A stretch of DNA of 64,000 nucleotides from Candidatus Udaeobacter sp. Its GTDB lineage: Bacteria; Patescibacteriota; Patescibacteriia; Magasanikbacterales; GWA2-37-8. The notes beneath the pieces are model-generated. The model had not been told where the DNA came from, did not search any database, and saw only the letters and a list, made by a program, of their open reading frames with translations. Positions 27,671 to 39,724 of the stretch are shown one piece after another (the stretch's first letter is position 1; each line of letters opens with the position of its first letter). Location: contig DATION010000005.1 of NCBI GenBank assembly GCA_035473115.1, forward strand, positions 4,399 through 68,398, in the 5' to 3' direction. Made by a program: the position numbers and the translations under genes.

Positions 27671-29419
27671 TTATTCAATCACTCTAAACACTTCCGAAAC
27701 AGTAGTAATTTTTTCTAAAGCTTTTAATAACCCATCCTGCACCATAGTCACCATCCCGCTTTTAACAGCTAGTTCTTGAATAGCATATTCAGAAATTTCA
27801 GCGCTCAGTATGGCTTGTTCAATTTCTTTGTTCATCGTAAAAATTTCATAAATACCTACTCGGCCTTTGTAGCCTAAACCACTGCATTCTTCACAGCCTT
27901 TACCACGATAAAAATGCAAATTTTTTAAATCAACATTTTTCTTTTCTACTGCCGGCAAAGCTTCTAGATTTTTCTTTACCCGCTCCATCTGCTCAGCTGT
28001 GAGCGTTTCTTCTTCCTGACAATATGAACAAATTTTACGCACCAAACGCTGGCCAATTACCGAATTTAAAGCTGGCGCTAGTAAAAACGGCTTTACGCCC
28101 ATAGACAAAAAACGTGGAATAGTTCCCGAAGCGCTATTGGTATGAATGGTAGATAAAATCAGATGGCCAGTTAAAGCGGCTTGAATAGAAATTTCAGCAG
28201 TTTCTAAATCACGGATTTCACCAACCATACAGATATCCGGATCTTGACGCAGCAAGCTGCGCAGACCTTTGGCAAAGGTATAATCATGACTATAATCCAC
28301 CTGGCTTTGATTAATGCCTTCCATTTTAATTTCTACCGGATCTTCTAAGGTAATAATTTTAACACCAGGTTTATTCAAGGTTCGCAAAATTGCATACATG
28401 GTAGTGGTTTTTCCCGAACCAGTCGGACCGGTAGTAATTACCATGCCATTAGGCCGCTCAATTTCTTTTTTCAATTTGGCATAAACATCGCCGCGCAACC
28501 CCAGCTCATCAAAAGTGACTCCTTTTTGGCCGCTATGCAAAATTCTCATTACTACACTTTCACCAAAAACTGTCGGCATGGTGGAGACACGGATATCCAA
28601 GCTGCCAGAAGATAATTTTAAAGTTACTCGCCCATCTTGCGGCCGGTCAGTGATATTTATTTTTAAAGCTGCTAATAATTTGATGCGGGAAATAAATTTT
28701 TTCCATTGTTCTTTGGGCAAAGTTGCGACGTCGTGTAAAACGCCGTCAATACGATAGCGCACGACAATGCCGTTTTCTTCAGCTTCCACATGAATATCAG
28801 AAGAATCTACCTTTAAAGCCGAAGCGATCATTAAAGTCAAAATATCGCTAATAGAAATATTAGCAAACTGTTTTTCTAAACTTCTAAAATCAACCACACC
28901 GGCCTTGAACTTTTCCAGTTCTTCATCAGTAATATTGATATCTTTACTGACCGGTTTAACAATGGGCAAATTAGCATAGAGTTTTATCGCTTTAGCAAAG
29001 CTATTTTCCGAAATTAAGCATATCCCAGCCCGCGCATGATGCCTTTCGCCAATTTGATAAGCCAGCTCTTCAATTTCATTATTGTAATCCACACATCCTA
29101 AACGAATTTCTTCAGGCGAACTAAAAAAACAGATGATCTTTTTTTCTCTGGCTAAATCTTCCGGGATTATTCTTAAAGCTTCAGAACTAATCGGCAAAAC
29201 TGCTAAATCAATATATGGCAAACCAAACGCAGCTGCCTGTTTGGCCACCACTTCTTCTTTGGTCCGCAGATCAATTTCCTGAATTTTTTTAGCAAACTTT
29301 TCCGGAGCATTATTATTGCCATTAGAATTATTAGCGCTTGCTCCAGACGGAGGTACACCTACTACTGGCTTCTTGGCAGATTTACCAAGCAAACTATTGA
29401 TTGAAGGAAAGTCACTCAT
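27671..29419 (-). CDS. pilB: Type IV pilus / type II secretion assembly ATPase (PilB/GspE family)
   Basis: N-terminal GSPII_E domain, Walker A TGPTGSGKTTT, and a C-terminal Cys tetrad. Confidence 0.85.
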   Translation of the reverse strand: MSDFPSINSLLGKSAKKPVVGVPPSGASANNSNGNNNAPEKFAKKIQEIDLRTKEEVVAKQAAAFGLPYIDLAVLPISSEALRIIPEDLAREKKIICFFSSPEEIRLGCVDYNNEIEELAYQIGERHHARAGICLISENSFAKAIKLYANLPIVKPVSKDINITDEELEKFKAGVVDFRSLEKQFANISISDILTLMIASALKVDSSDIHVEAEENGIVVRYRIDGVLHDVATLPKEQWKKFISRIKLLAALKINITDRPQDGRVTLKLSSGSLDIRVSTMPTVFGESVVMRILHSGQKGVTFDELGLRGDVYAKLKKEIERPNGMVITTGPTGSGKTTTMYAILRTLNKPGVKIITLEDPVEIKMEGINQSQVDYSHDYTFAKGLRSLLRQDPDICMVGEIRDLETAEISIQAALTGHLILSTIHTNSASGTIPRFLSMGVKPFLLAPALNSVIGQRLVRKICSYCQEEETLTAEQMERVKKNLEALPAVEKKNVDLKNLHFYRGKGCEECSGLGYKGRVGIYEIFTMNKEIEQAILSAEISEYAIQELAVKSGMVTMVQDGLLKALEKITTVSEVFRVIE

Positions 29420-29431
29420 AAAAATTTGTGC

Positions 29432-30397
29432 CTACTTACCGAGCATGTGTTTAAAAAAGTGAATCACTCGGCTATTAATTCCTTCTTTGTGCATTTTAAC
29501 AAATAAAAATACCCAGGCGCTCGTGGTGTAAGCGTTAAAAAATCCGGCTATTAAAACAATTAATACTACCCATAGAAAAACTCCGACCGCAAAACCAACT
29601 GCAGCCAAAACAACCAAATTAGTAAGACCAGCCAAAAGCCAAATTAGCACAGCCGGTAAGAAAGCAAAAAATGCTGCTACTATAGCGGCGATAAGTAATA
29701 AAAAGTTAAGCAGCATTAATAAGACGCCTACTTCCAAAGAGACGAGCAAATGCTGGGAAAATATATTGTAGGCTTTGGCAATTGCCGCTTTAAACCCTTT
29801 GTTATCTATAACTAAAGCGCATAAGGTAAAAATAAAGATCACGGAAACAAACAAAGATACCAATAAAACCACTGTCAAAGCAACCGCTAGGCCTAAGCTC
29901 CAAATAAAGTTGGGCGAATAAATAAAATTTTTAAATACCAGCCAAAATAGAGCTAACAATAAAAGCAGAAAAGCTTGTCGAAGTACGTTTACCAAAAGAA
30001 TGCTCCAAAAATTTTTCAAGCTTCGTCCCCATGGTTTGGAAAGTTTGGGGTGTTTTTTGGTTTGCAGCCATTCGGACGCATAAAAAATAAGCGCCCCTTG
30101 AGAAGTGACCGCTAAAAAAATTAAAAAAATAACTATTGATAAAACTATACCTGCCAACCAGACAATTCCTAGAGTACTGCGTACATCACCCGACCAATTT
30201 AAGTTAATTACGGGTAAAAAAAAGTTGGTTTGTCCGGCCAAAGTTGTTTCCAACATGGCCCAAATTTTTCCAAAAATATCGCTAAATCCAAATTGGCCCA
30301 GCAAAACTGAGAATAACCCCAAAATCCATAGGGCTTTGTTGTGCCACACAACATCCCAAGCGTGGGAAAGGGTCTGGCGATAAGTTGGCTCTTTCAT
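29432..30397 (-). CDS. Polytopic integral membrane protein of unknown function
   Basis: At least 7 hydrophobic helices. No motif recognised. Confidence 0.5.
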   Translation of the reverse strand: MKEPTYRQTLSHAWDVVWHNKALWILGLFSVLLGQFGFSDIFGKIWAMLETTLAGQTNFFLPVINLNWSGDVRSTLGIVWLAGIVLSIVIFLIFLAVTSQGALIFYASEWLQTKKHPKLSKPWGRSLKNFWSILLVNVLRQAFLLLLLALFWLVFKNFIYSPNFIWSLGLAVALTVVLLVSLFVSVIFIFTLCALVIDNKGFKAAIAKAYNIFSQHLLVSLEVGVLLMLLNFLLLIAAIVAAFFAFLPAVLIWLLAGLTNLVVLAAVGFAVGVFLWVVLIVLIAGFFNAYTTSAWVFLFVKMHKEGINSRVIHFFKHMLGK

Positions 30398-30570
30398 ATA
30401 CGAAATGAATGAGAGAATGAATAGCTTGCTGATTCATTCTCGAATGAATGAGTATATATGGGCTTTAGCCCATATAATGAAATGAGTGAGCGAAATGATT
30501 AAATGTGTTTAATCATTTTCGAACGAATGAGAATATATCTTAATATAAACGAAATGAATTCAGTTTATTT
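30398..30570 (-). promoter_or_regulatory. Repeat-dense leader/upstream region: five copies of CGAA(A/T)GAATGAG-like 12-mers interleaved with three distinct palindromes
   Basis: The palindromes are GAATGAATAGCTTGCTGATTCATTC, TATATGGGCTTTAGCCCATATA and AATGATTAAATGTGTTTAATCATT. The unit ends immediately before the ATG of the 29432-30397 gene. Confidence 0.5.
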
Positions 30571-30587
30571 ATTATACCATAAAAAAC

Positions 30588-30626
30588 AAAATCCCCCCAA
30601 AGTTGGGAGGATCTGTTTTTCAGCTT
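30588..30626 (-). terminator. ftsH terminator hairpin (GATCCTCCCAAC/TTGGGGGGAT) followed by a T-run on the minus strand
   Basis: Seen directly in the sequence. Confidence 0.5.
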
Positions 30627-30627
30627 G

Positions 30628-32460
30628 TTACTCTCTCGGCCCTAAAATACGATTAATATCTTCTTGTTCAATTGTTTCTTTTACCATTAATTCTTTAACC
30701 ATCTCGTCTAGCTGCGTGCGATGCGAATCTACAATTGCTTTGGCTTTCTTCTCAGCTTCAGCCAAGAAAGCGCTTACTTCCTTATCAATAGCTTCGGCAG
30801 TTTTTTCGCTGTAATCCTTTTGCTCAGATGAACCGCCGCCTAAAAAAATTGCTTCCTGATGATCACCAAATGTGCGTGTTCCCAGAGAGCTCATACCATA
30901 GCGAGTGACCATGCCTTGAGCAACTTGAGTAGCATTTTTTAGATCAGATGACGGACCGGTAGAAATCATTTCCTCGCCAAAAATCGCTTTTTCCACTACA
31001 TAACCGCCCAACATCATGGCTAATTCATCTTTGAACTGTGCCAAAGTATGATAATACTTGTCTTCAGTCGGCATTTTAAGAGTATAACCACCGGCGCTGC
31101 CGCGAGATATTACGGAAACTTTACGGACCGGATCGCAATGAATAGAATAATGACCGACAATCGCATGGCCAGCTTCGTGATAGGCAGTCATCTTTTTTTC
31201 TTGCTCGCTGATAACGCGATTTTTTCTTTCCGGACCAAGCAAAACTTTTTCAATACTTTCTAAGATTTCTAACTCACCAACTTTTTTCAGGCCGCGGCGG
31301 ACAGTTAAAATTGCCGCTTCATTTAACAAGTTAGCCAAATCAGCTCCGGAAAATCCGGGTGTGCGTTCGGCAATTTTGCGCAAGGAAACTTCCTCAGCCA
31401 AAGGTTTATTTTTAGCATGAATGCCTAAAATTTCTTCACGATCTTTTATATCAGGCAAATCCAGAGTTACTCGTCTATCAAAACGGCCTGGTCGGAGCAA
31501 AGCTGGGTCAAGCACATCCGGACGGTTGGTAGCAGCGACCACAATTACTCCCAGATTAGGGTCAAAACCATCCATCTCCACCAAAATTTGATTTAGAGTC
31601 TGCTCTCTTTCATCATGACCTCCGCCCATACCTGTGCCGCGGCGTCTGCCTACTGCATCAATTTCATCAATAAAGACAATCGCTGGAGCATCTTTTTTGG
31701 CTTTACTAAACAGATCACGCACGCGGGAAGCGCCCACACCCACAAACATTTCCACAAATTCGGAACCAGACATATTGAAAAACGGCACATTAGCTTCTCC
31801 GGCTACCGCTCGAGCTAATAAAGTTTTTCCGGTTCCCGGACTGCCGACCAGCAATACTCCTTTAGGAATTTTGGCGCCCATTTCAGTAAACTTTTTTGGA
31901 TCTTTTAAGAAATCAACTATTTCGACTAATTCTTGTTTGGATTCTTTGGCTCCGGCCACATCGGCAAAAGTTTTTTTGTTTTTATCATCTGGCCCAGTCT
32001 GGCGCGGATTACTTTGGCCAAAGCCCATGGCTTTATTATTCATACCTTGCACGCCGCGAGTCATGAAGTAAAAAAATAAAATAAATATAGCCAGTGGCAG
32101 TAATACCGGCAATAAGTTAGCCAGCCAAAACTTCCACGAGCTCTCGCCTTTAACTTCGATAGATAATTTGCTTAAAGAAGAACTGGTCACGCCATAACTT
32201 CTGATAATTTCGCCAAAAGTTCCGTTTGGTTCTTTTAAGACAGTCTGCTGCTTTGCTTTTTCGTCTTTTAACTGCAAACTTAGATTATCTCCTTGGATAA
32301 TAACCTTATTCACCTGCTCAGCATTTATTTCTTCTACCATTTTACTGATACTAACTGTTTCTGGAGCTTTATCTTGCTGGTTTTTTATTAACCCCAAAAC
32401 TCCGGCAATCAAAAATAAAGCCAAAAAAACTATCAAGAAATTTTTTAAGAAATTGCGCAT
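30628..32460 (-). CDS. ftsH: ATP-dependent zinc metalloprotease FtsH
   Basis: AAA Walker [12 protein letters not shown] region, and the HEAGHAIVG zinc motif. Confidence 0.93.
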   Translation of the reverse strand: MRNFLKNFLIVFLALFLIAGVLGLIKNQQDKAPETVSISKMVEEINAEQVNKVIIQGDNLSLQLKDEKAKQQTVLKEPNGTFGEIIRSYGVTSSSLSKLSIEVKGESSWKFWLANLLPVLLPLAIFILFFYFMTRGVQGMNNKAMGFGQSNPRQTGPDDKNKKTFADVAGAKESKQELVEIVDFLKDPKKFTEMGAKIPKGVLLVGSPGTGKTLLARAVAGEANVPFFNMSGSEFVEMFVGVGASRVRDLFSKAKKDAPAIVFIDEIDAVGRRRGTGMGGGHDEREQTLNQILVEMDGFDPNLGVIVVAATNRPDVLDPALLRPGRFDRRVTLDLPDIKDREEILGIHAKNKPLAEEVSLRKIAERTPGFSGADLANLLNEAAILTVRRGLKKVGELEILESIEKVLLGPERKNRVISEQEKKMTAYHEAGHAIVGHYSIHCDPVRKVSVISRGSAGGYTLKMPTEDKYYHTLAQFKDELAMMLGGYVVEKAIFGEEMISTGPSSDLKNATQVAQGMVTRYGMSSLGTRTFGDHQEAIFLGGGSSEQKDYSEKTAEAIDKEVSAFLAEAEKKAKAIVDSHRTQLDEMVKELMVKETIEQEDINRILGPRE

Positions 32461-32582
32461 ATTTATAGTAATTAAATATAAACTTTCAGTTTCTAAAATA
32501 TACCTTATTTTTTACAGAAAAGCAAGGGTTAGCCCAAAACAAAACACCCTCCGCAGCACGGAAGATGTTTTGAGTTAAACGA

Positions 32583-33794
32583 TTACTTTTTAGCAGCCTT
32601 TTTCTTTTCTTTGGCTGGAGCTTTAGTTTTTTCTTCTTTTTCTTCTGCCTCGGCTGGCGCTTCAACTTTTTCCACTTTTTTCACTTTACCTTTTACACCA
32701 AAAAGTCTTAAACCCAAGCGGTGCTCTGGCGGTTCCAAAGAAACAATTTCAAAGTCAGTAGTCTGGCCAATTTTGAATTTATCACCAATATTGCCAGTGC
32801 CTTCATCGGTAAGTTCCGAAATATGAGCCAAACCATGAATATCCTTATCCAAGGCCACCATCAAACCAAACGGTTCAATCTTCAAAATCTTGCCGGCAAC
32901 TTTGTCGCCAACTTTATATTTATCTTTAACCATCTTCCATGGATCATCTACCAAACGTTTGATGGATAGATAGATTTTTGATCTGTCCAACTGAATAATT
33001 TGCGCTTTAATTCTGTCGCCAACTTTCAAGATATCTTTTGGATGATCAATACGCTGCCAAGCAATCTCGGAAATATGAACCAAGCCTTCTAAGTCCTGGC
33101 CAAACTTTACAAAAGCGCCAAATGAAGTGAGGGCGCTGATTTCACCTTCCACTACATCGCCAACTTTGTAAGATTCTAGTACTGCTTTTTGAGCGTCTTC
33201 CCAAACTGCTTTTTCGGAAACGATTAATTTTTCTTCTTTTTCATTAACATCAATAACTTTTACTTCCATTTCTTTACCGATAAGTTCACGCAATTTTTCT
33301 AAAATACGATTCTTGTCTCCGCCCATAACGCGCGGATAGTGCTCCGGATTTAATTGAGAAACCGGCACAAAACCAGGCAAACCTTCTACCTGTACCATCA
33401 AACCGCCTTTGTTGGCAGCCAAAACTTTGGCTTTGATAGTAATACTGTCTTGCATCCACTTGCGAACATTGTCCCAAGCGCGAGCAAAACCGGCAATACG
33501 GAATGACAATTCCATTTCACCGTTTTCGTTTTCTAATTCCAAAACTGTTGCTTCGACTTCATTGCCAACTTTTAAATTAGCGTATTCTTTAGCTTCACCA
33601 AATAGTTCGCGGCCGCGGACTACACCCACGGTTAAACCTTCAATATCAACATGCACTTCACCTTTGTCGATAGAAATAATTTTACACTTTACCACGTCGC
33701 CAACTTTAGGGATGGTTAAAGCGTATGACGAAAACAAGGTTTTAAAATCTTGTTTTTCTAAATCTTTTTCTTCTGATTTTTCGTGTTTAGTCAT
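32583..33794 (-). CDS. rpsA: 30S ribosomal protein S1 (four S1 domains, Lys-rich C-terminal tail)
   Basis: Repeated S1-domain signatures. Confidence 0.8.
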   Translation of the reverse strand: MTKHEKSEEKDLEKQDFKTLFSSYALTIPKVGDVVKCKIISIDKGEVHVDIEGLTVGVVRGRELFGEAKEYANLKVGNEVEATVLELENENGEMELSFRIAGFARAWDNVRKWMQDSITIKAKVLAANKGGLMVQVEGLPGFVPVSQLNPEHYPRVMGGDKNRILEKLRELIGKEMEVKVIDVNEKEEKLIVSEKAVWEDAQKAVLESYKVGDVVEGEISALTSFGAFVKFGQDLEGLVHISEIAWQRIDHPKDILKVGDRIKAQIIQLDRSKIYLSIKRLVDDPWKMVKDKYKVGDKVAGKILKIEPFGLMVALDKDIHGLAHISELTDEGTGNIGDKFKIGQTTDFEIVSLEPPEHRLGLRLFGVKGKVKKVEKVEAPAEAEEKEEKTKAPAKEKKKAAKK

Positions 33795-33903
33795 AATATT
33801 TTATAAATAACAAAAAAATTTTTCTTATCCTTTTCGGTCAGAACCGAAGCAAGGTTTCTTCCTCTAAATTGGGAAGAATTCACAAATAAATTTTACTGAT
33901 TTA

Positions 33904-33932
33904 AGTATACAATATTAATCTAAATCTGTCAA
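33904..33932 (-). promoter_or_regulatory. Sigma70-type promoter for rpsA (TTGACA, 17-nt spacer, TATACT)
   Basis: Read on the minus strand. It predicts a ~100-nt structured leader containing TTCGGT/ACCGAA and TTCTTCC/GGAAGAA stems. Confidence 0.5.
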
Positions 33933-33943
33933 TACAAACAAAT

Positions 33944-33984
33944 CCCGCCTTCCTCCGAAGAGAAATGGCGGGGCAGGTTTTTTT
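33944..33984 (+). terminator. Terminator-like hairpin (CCCGCC...GGCGGG followed by T7) inside the rpsA/gyrB divergent region
   Basis: Seen in the sequence. Its function (sRNA end, attenuator, or rpsA leader structure) is unresolved. Confidence 0.35.
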
Positions 33985-34096
33985 CACTAACGATTCCCTC
34001 CTCTCCAACCTTCCAGAAAATAACTTACACCAAGCAAAACTGATGCAAATTAGACCTTGCTAACCGCCTGTTACTATGTTAAAATATTTTTGTTAA

Positions 34097-36274
<2,178 letters not shown>

Positions 36275-36283
36275 CTTTTATTT

Positions 36284-36811
36284 ATGAAAAGACAAATTTT
36301 TTATTTATTATTAGGTCTTTTCCTTTTAGTCTCGCCCGCATATGCCAAACAGTCTCAGGAATTAAAAACTTGCAAAACAACTACCTGTTTAATCTCGCAG
36401 ATAAAAAATTGCAATTCTGGCACAGCTATAGTAACAAATAGCGCTCCAGACCCTTTACAGATGTCACTTCAAACAGCGACTAAAAATTATAAAATCTTAA
36501 AAAGCGGTGAGGGAAAATGTAAATTTATTTCTACAGTAGTAAAAAACAGCTTTAAATATTCAAGCTTTACAAAAAATAGTTTGAAAAAACAAGGCTTATC
36601 TACAAAAGATATAAATAAGAAAGAAAAAGAGATGGCCTCCATTCTCAAAAATACAACTGAGACTTGCGAAGCTATAAATAAAGACCTAGCCACATATTTA
36701 AATGATTCTTTTAAAGGAAGAATTACTTCAATCAGCTGCACGTTTGACGACTTAAAAACCTCTCATTGTATTTTTAAACCAAACGTTAACTGCACTACCA
36801 CTCTAAAATAG
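36284..36811 (+). CDS. Hypothetical Cys-rich secreted protein
   Basis: Signal peptide MKRQIFYLLLGLFLLVSPAYA and 8 Cys residues. Confidence 0.5.
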   Translation: MKRQIFYLLLGLFLLVSPAYAKQSQELKTCKTTTCLISQIKNCNSGTAIVTNSAPDPLQMSLQTATKNYKILKSGEGKCKFISTVVKNSFKYSSFTKNSLKKQGLSTKDINKKEKEMASILKNTTETCEAINKDLATYLNDSFKGRITSISCTFDDLKTSHCIFKPNVNCTTTLK

Positions 36812-36847
36812 GAACAATTGAATTATCCATCTTCACTAGGCGTGCTC

Positions 36848-36876
36848 TTGACTTTTTTCTAATTCCAGTGTATTAT
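36848..36876 (+). promoter_or_regulatory. Sigma70-type promoter for secE-nusG-rplK (TTGACT, 17-nt spacer, TATTAT)
   Basis: Seen in the sequence. A small GNRA hairpin ACAGCC-GCAA-GGCTGT follows in the leader. Confidence 0.5.
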
Positions 36877-36934
36877 TAAAGTATTCAAATTAAGACAGCC
36901 GCAAGGCTGTTTTAAAATCCAAATAAATTAACGT

Positions 36935-37123
36935 ATGTTTACAGCTATAAAAAACTACTTTGTCGGAGCTTACCAGGAAATGAGAAAAGTTACCTGGCCG
37001 ACCAAAAACCAGACTATTAACTACAGCATAATGGTAATAGCCTTAAGCGTAGGCATGGCTCTATTTTTTGGCTTATTAGACTATATATTTAACTTTGGCG
37101 TAAGCACATTATTTTTAAAGTAA
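36935..37123 (+). CDS. secE: Preprotein translocase subunit SecE
   Basis: 62-aa single-TM protein with a conserved WPTKNQ-like motif (VTWPTKNQTI). Immediately upstream of nusG. Confidence 0.85.
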   Translation: MFTAIKNYFVGAYQEMRKVTWPTKNQTINYSIMVIALSVGMALFFGLLDYIFNFGVSTLFLK

Positions 37124-37129
37124 TTTAAC

Positions 37130-37219
37130 TGTCATTCCGAATCCCCACTCAGGGGGTGAGGAATCTATTCATTTTAAAGTAAAGATCCCTCGTCGGCTAC
37201 GGCCTCACTCGGGATGACA
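37130..37219 (+). repeat. Palindromic repeat family 1, copy 3
   Basis: TGTCATTCCGAA...TGAGGAATCTAT...AGATCCCTCGTC...CTCGGGATGACA. Its terminal GGGATGACA creates a spurious upstream ATG for nusG. Confidence 0.85.
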
Positions 37220-37231
37220 AACACATTGTAT

Positions 37232-37777
37232 ATGGCAAAACAGACCCTCAACCTTGGCAAACGCTGGTATGTGCTCCACACTTACAGCGGCTACGAAGAA
37301 AACGTAAAAAGCAATCTCGAGCAACGTATCGAGTCTTTTGCCATGCAAGACAAAATTTTTCATATTTTGGTTCCTAAAGAAAAGAAAATAAAAATCAAAA
37401 ACAGCAAACGTTCAGTGGTGGAAGAAAAAATGTTCCCGGGATACGTCTTAGTAGAGATGATTGTAACGGACGATTCTTGGTATGTGGTTCGCAATACTCC
37501 TAATGTTACCGGTTTCGTTGGCTCTGGCACTACCCCAACCCCAATTGATCAAGCTGAAGTTGATGGTTTAGTAAAACGAATGTCCGCTTCCGAACCGCAA
37601 CACAAAATTGACTTTGAAGTTAATACTCCGGTACGTATCACTGATGGACCGTTTAAAAACTTTGAAGGCAAAGTAAGTAATGTTGATCAAGAAAGAGGCA
37701 AAGTTAAAGTTCTTATCACGATGTTCGGTCGCGAAACGCCGGTAGAACTTGACGCAATGCAGGTTAAAAAGATTTAA
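37232..37777 (+). CDS. nusG: Transcription termination/antitermination factor NusG
   Basis: [16 protein letters not shown] domain and a C-terminal KOW. Start trimmed to [14 protein letters not shown]. Confidence 0.9.
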   Translation: MAKQTLNLGKRWYVLHTYSGYEENVKSNLEQRIESFAMQDKIFHILVPKEKKIKIKNSKRSVVEEKMFPGYVLVEMIVTDDSWYVVRNTPNVTGFVGSGTTPTPIDQAEVDGLVKRMSASEPQHKIDFEVNTPVRITDGPFKNFEGKVSNVDQERGKVKVLITMFGRETPVELDAMQVKKI

Positions 37778-37842
37778 TTAACAAAATTGTTAATAACGGA
37801 TTGGTTCCTTCCAGGGACGCTTCTCAATCCACATTTATTTAT

Positions 37843-38268
37843 ATGGCCAAAAAAATTACAGCGCAAATCAAATTGCAAATCATGGGCGGAGCTGCTAACC
37901 CAGCGCCACCAGTCGGTCCAGCTTTAGGTCAACACGGTGTGAATATCCAAGCTTTTGTTAAAGAATTCAATGACAAAACTCAGGATAAAAAAGGCGAAGT
38001 AGTGCCAATTATCATTACTGTTTACGAAGATCGCAGCTTTAGCTTTATAATGAAAACTCCACCGGTTCCGGAATTGATCAAAAAAGCGGCTGGCATCACC
38101 AAAGGCTCTGCCAAACCATTGCAAGATAAGGTTGGCAAAATTACCAAAGCTCAAGTTCGCCAAATCGCCGAAAAGAAAATGCCTGACTTAAACGCTCATA
38201 CAGTTGAAGCAGCCATGAGTATGGTAGAAGGCACAGCACGGAATATGGGTGTAACGGTTGAAGGATAA
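37843..38268 (+). CDS. rplK: 50S ribosomal protein L11
   Basis: [35 protein letters not shown]. Start trimmed to MAKKI. Confidence 0.92.
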   Translation: MAKKITAQIKLQIMGGAANPAPPVGPALGQHGVNIQAFVKEFNDKTQDKKGEVVPIIITVYEDRSFSFIMKTPPVPELIKKAAGITKGSAKPLQDKVGKITKAQVRQIAEKKMPDLNAHTVEAAMSMVEGTARNMGVTVEG

Positions 38269-38333
38269 AAAGATACAGCGTCGCGTTTCAAAGGACGTCA
38301 CGCGACGTGATTTCGTTAAATCAAAATAAAAAA

Positions 38334-38360
38334 TCGAGCTAATTGGCTCGGTTTTTTATT
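38334..38360 (+). terminator. Rho-independent terminator after rplK (CGAGC/GCTCG plus T6)
   Basis: Seen in the sequence. It is preceded by a second hairpin, CGTCGCG/CGCGACG, at 38276-38309. Confidence 0.6.
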
Positions 38361-38371
38361 TTAAAAACTAT

Positions 38372-38608
38372 TTAGCTTTCCCAGAAAAACACGGCATACG
38401 GACCTCCTTCACAGCTAGTACCAATCCTTCCAAAAGGAACCCACGATATTTTATACTGACAGTTTGTATGGAATGTACCATCTCTTTTTGCATTTTCATT
38501 ATAAATTTTGTTACTTATTTTTTTATTATTCAGCCATGGCGCCCAAGTGAAGAAAAATAAAATAATGCTTATAAAAACTAAAAATAATTTTATCAACTTA
38601 TTTTTCAT
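38372..38608 (-). CDS. Small hypothetical membrane/secreted protein (78 aa)
   Basis: ORF with an N-terminal hydrophobic segment. Confidence 0.35.
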   Translation of the reverse strand: MKNKLIKLFLVFISIILFFFTWAPWLNNKKISNKIYNENAKRDGTFHTNCQYKISWVPFGRIGTSCEGGPYAVFFWES

Positions 38609-38617
38609 TTAACTACT

Positions 38618-39721
38618 TTAAGCAATAAACATCGCATCGCCAAAGCTAAAAAACCGATACTTTTCCTCTACCGCTTTTTTATAACATTCTAATACGAATT
38701 CTCTGTCCCCAGCAAAAGCAGACACCAGCGCTAACAGAGTTGATTTTGGCAAATGAAAATTAGTAATTAAAGCATCTACCGCTTTAAACTTAAAACCAGG
38801 ATAAATAAAAATATTAATTTCACCGGTATATGGACGCACAACTGGACCTGCTTCATTTTTTCCTGCAAAAGCAAGTGCAACACCTTCCAAAGTACGAACT
38901 GTAGTTGTGCCCACCGCCACCACTCGCCTGCCTTCAGCCTTAGCCTGATTTATTAAATCAGCATTTTTGGCAGTTACCTCCACCCATTCGCTATGCATTT
39001 TATGTTCTTCTAGACTTTCAGTTTTGACCGGCAAAAATGTTCCTAAGCCAACATGCAAAGTCACTTCGGCAAACTCTACACCTTTAGCTTTTAATTTTTC
39101 TATAAGTTCGGGCGTAAAATGAAATCCAGCTGTAGGCGCAGCTACCGAACCTTCTTCTTTGGCATAGACAGTTTGATATCTCTCGCTTGAAGATTGATTT
39201 TCTACATATGGAGGCGTTGGCACTTCGCCATATTTATTGGCTTTAGCCCGTACCGACATATCGTCTTCAGCAAACTCAATTAAATAGGTGCCATCATTCT
39301 CTTTTAGCATCACTTCGGCGCTAAAATCCTGAGCAAAAACTATTTTCATTCCCAAACGCAGCTTTCTGCCGGGTTTAGCCAAAACTTTCCAAACCCTATT
39401 ATTTTCCATGGGCTTAATCAAAAAAATTTCTACTGATGGTACATTTAAAATTCTATCGGTAGAATCAATTCCTTTTTTTACTTTTACTATTTTTTCATCC
39501 AAAACCAAAGTACCGCGCAACCTAGCCTTAAAAACTTTGCTGTTATTCCAAACTAGCAAGTCGCCTGATTTTAAATAATCAACAATATCAAAAAAATGTT
39601 TGTGCTTAATCTTTTTTCCAGTTCGACCAACAATCATCAGCCGCGAACTATCCCGTGGTTCAAGTGGAATTTGAGCAATTAATTGTTTTGGTAAATTATA
39701 ATCAAAATCTGCAGTCAACAT
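38618..39721 (-). CDS. queA: S-adenosylmethionine:tRNA ribosyltransferase-isomerase
   Basis: N-terminal FDYNLPKQLIAQIPLEPRDSSRLM and full-length QueA similarity. Confidence 0.9.
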   Translation of the reverse strand: MLTADFDYNLPKQLIAQIPLEPRDSSRLMIVGRTGKKIKHKHFFDIVDYLKSGDLLVWNNSKVFKARLRGTLVLDEKIVKVKKGIDSTDRILNVPSVEIFLIKPMENNRVWKVLAKPGRKLRLGMKIVFAQDFSAEVMLKENDGTYLIEFAEDDMSVRAKANKYGEVPTPPYVENQSSSERYQTVYAKEEGSVAAPTAGFHFTPELIEKLKAKGVEFAEVTLHVGLGTFLPVKTESLEEHKMHSEWVEVTAKNADLINQAKAEGRRVVAVGTTTVRTLEGVALAFAGKNEAGPVVRPYTGEINIFIYPGFKFKAVDALITNFHLPKSTLLALVSAFAGDREFVLECYKKAVEEKYRFFSFGDAMFIA

Positions 39722-39724
39722 ATT

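Noticed and set aside
29432-30397. PilC/GspF platform protein downstream of the PilB-like ATPase
   Set aside because: The 321-aa protein is hydrophobic along its whole length and lacks the two cytoplasmic GspF repeats of PilC. I call it only a membrane protein of unknown function.
30398-30570. CRISPR array
   Set aside because: The repeated unit is only ~12 nt and degenerate. The intervening sequences are perfect palindromes of unequal design. There are no cas genes nearby and no repeat-spacer periodicity.
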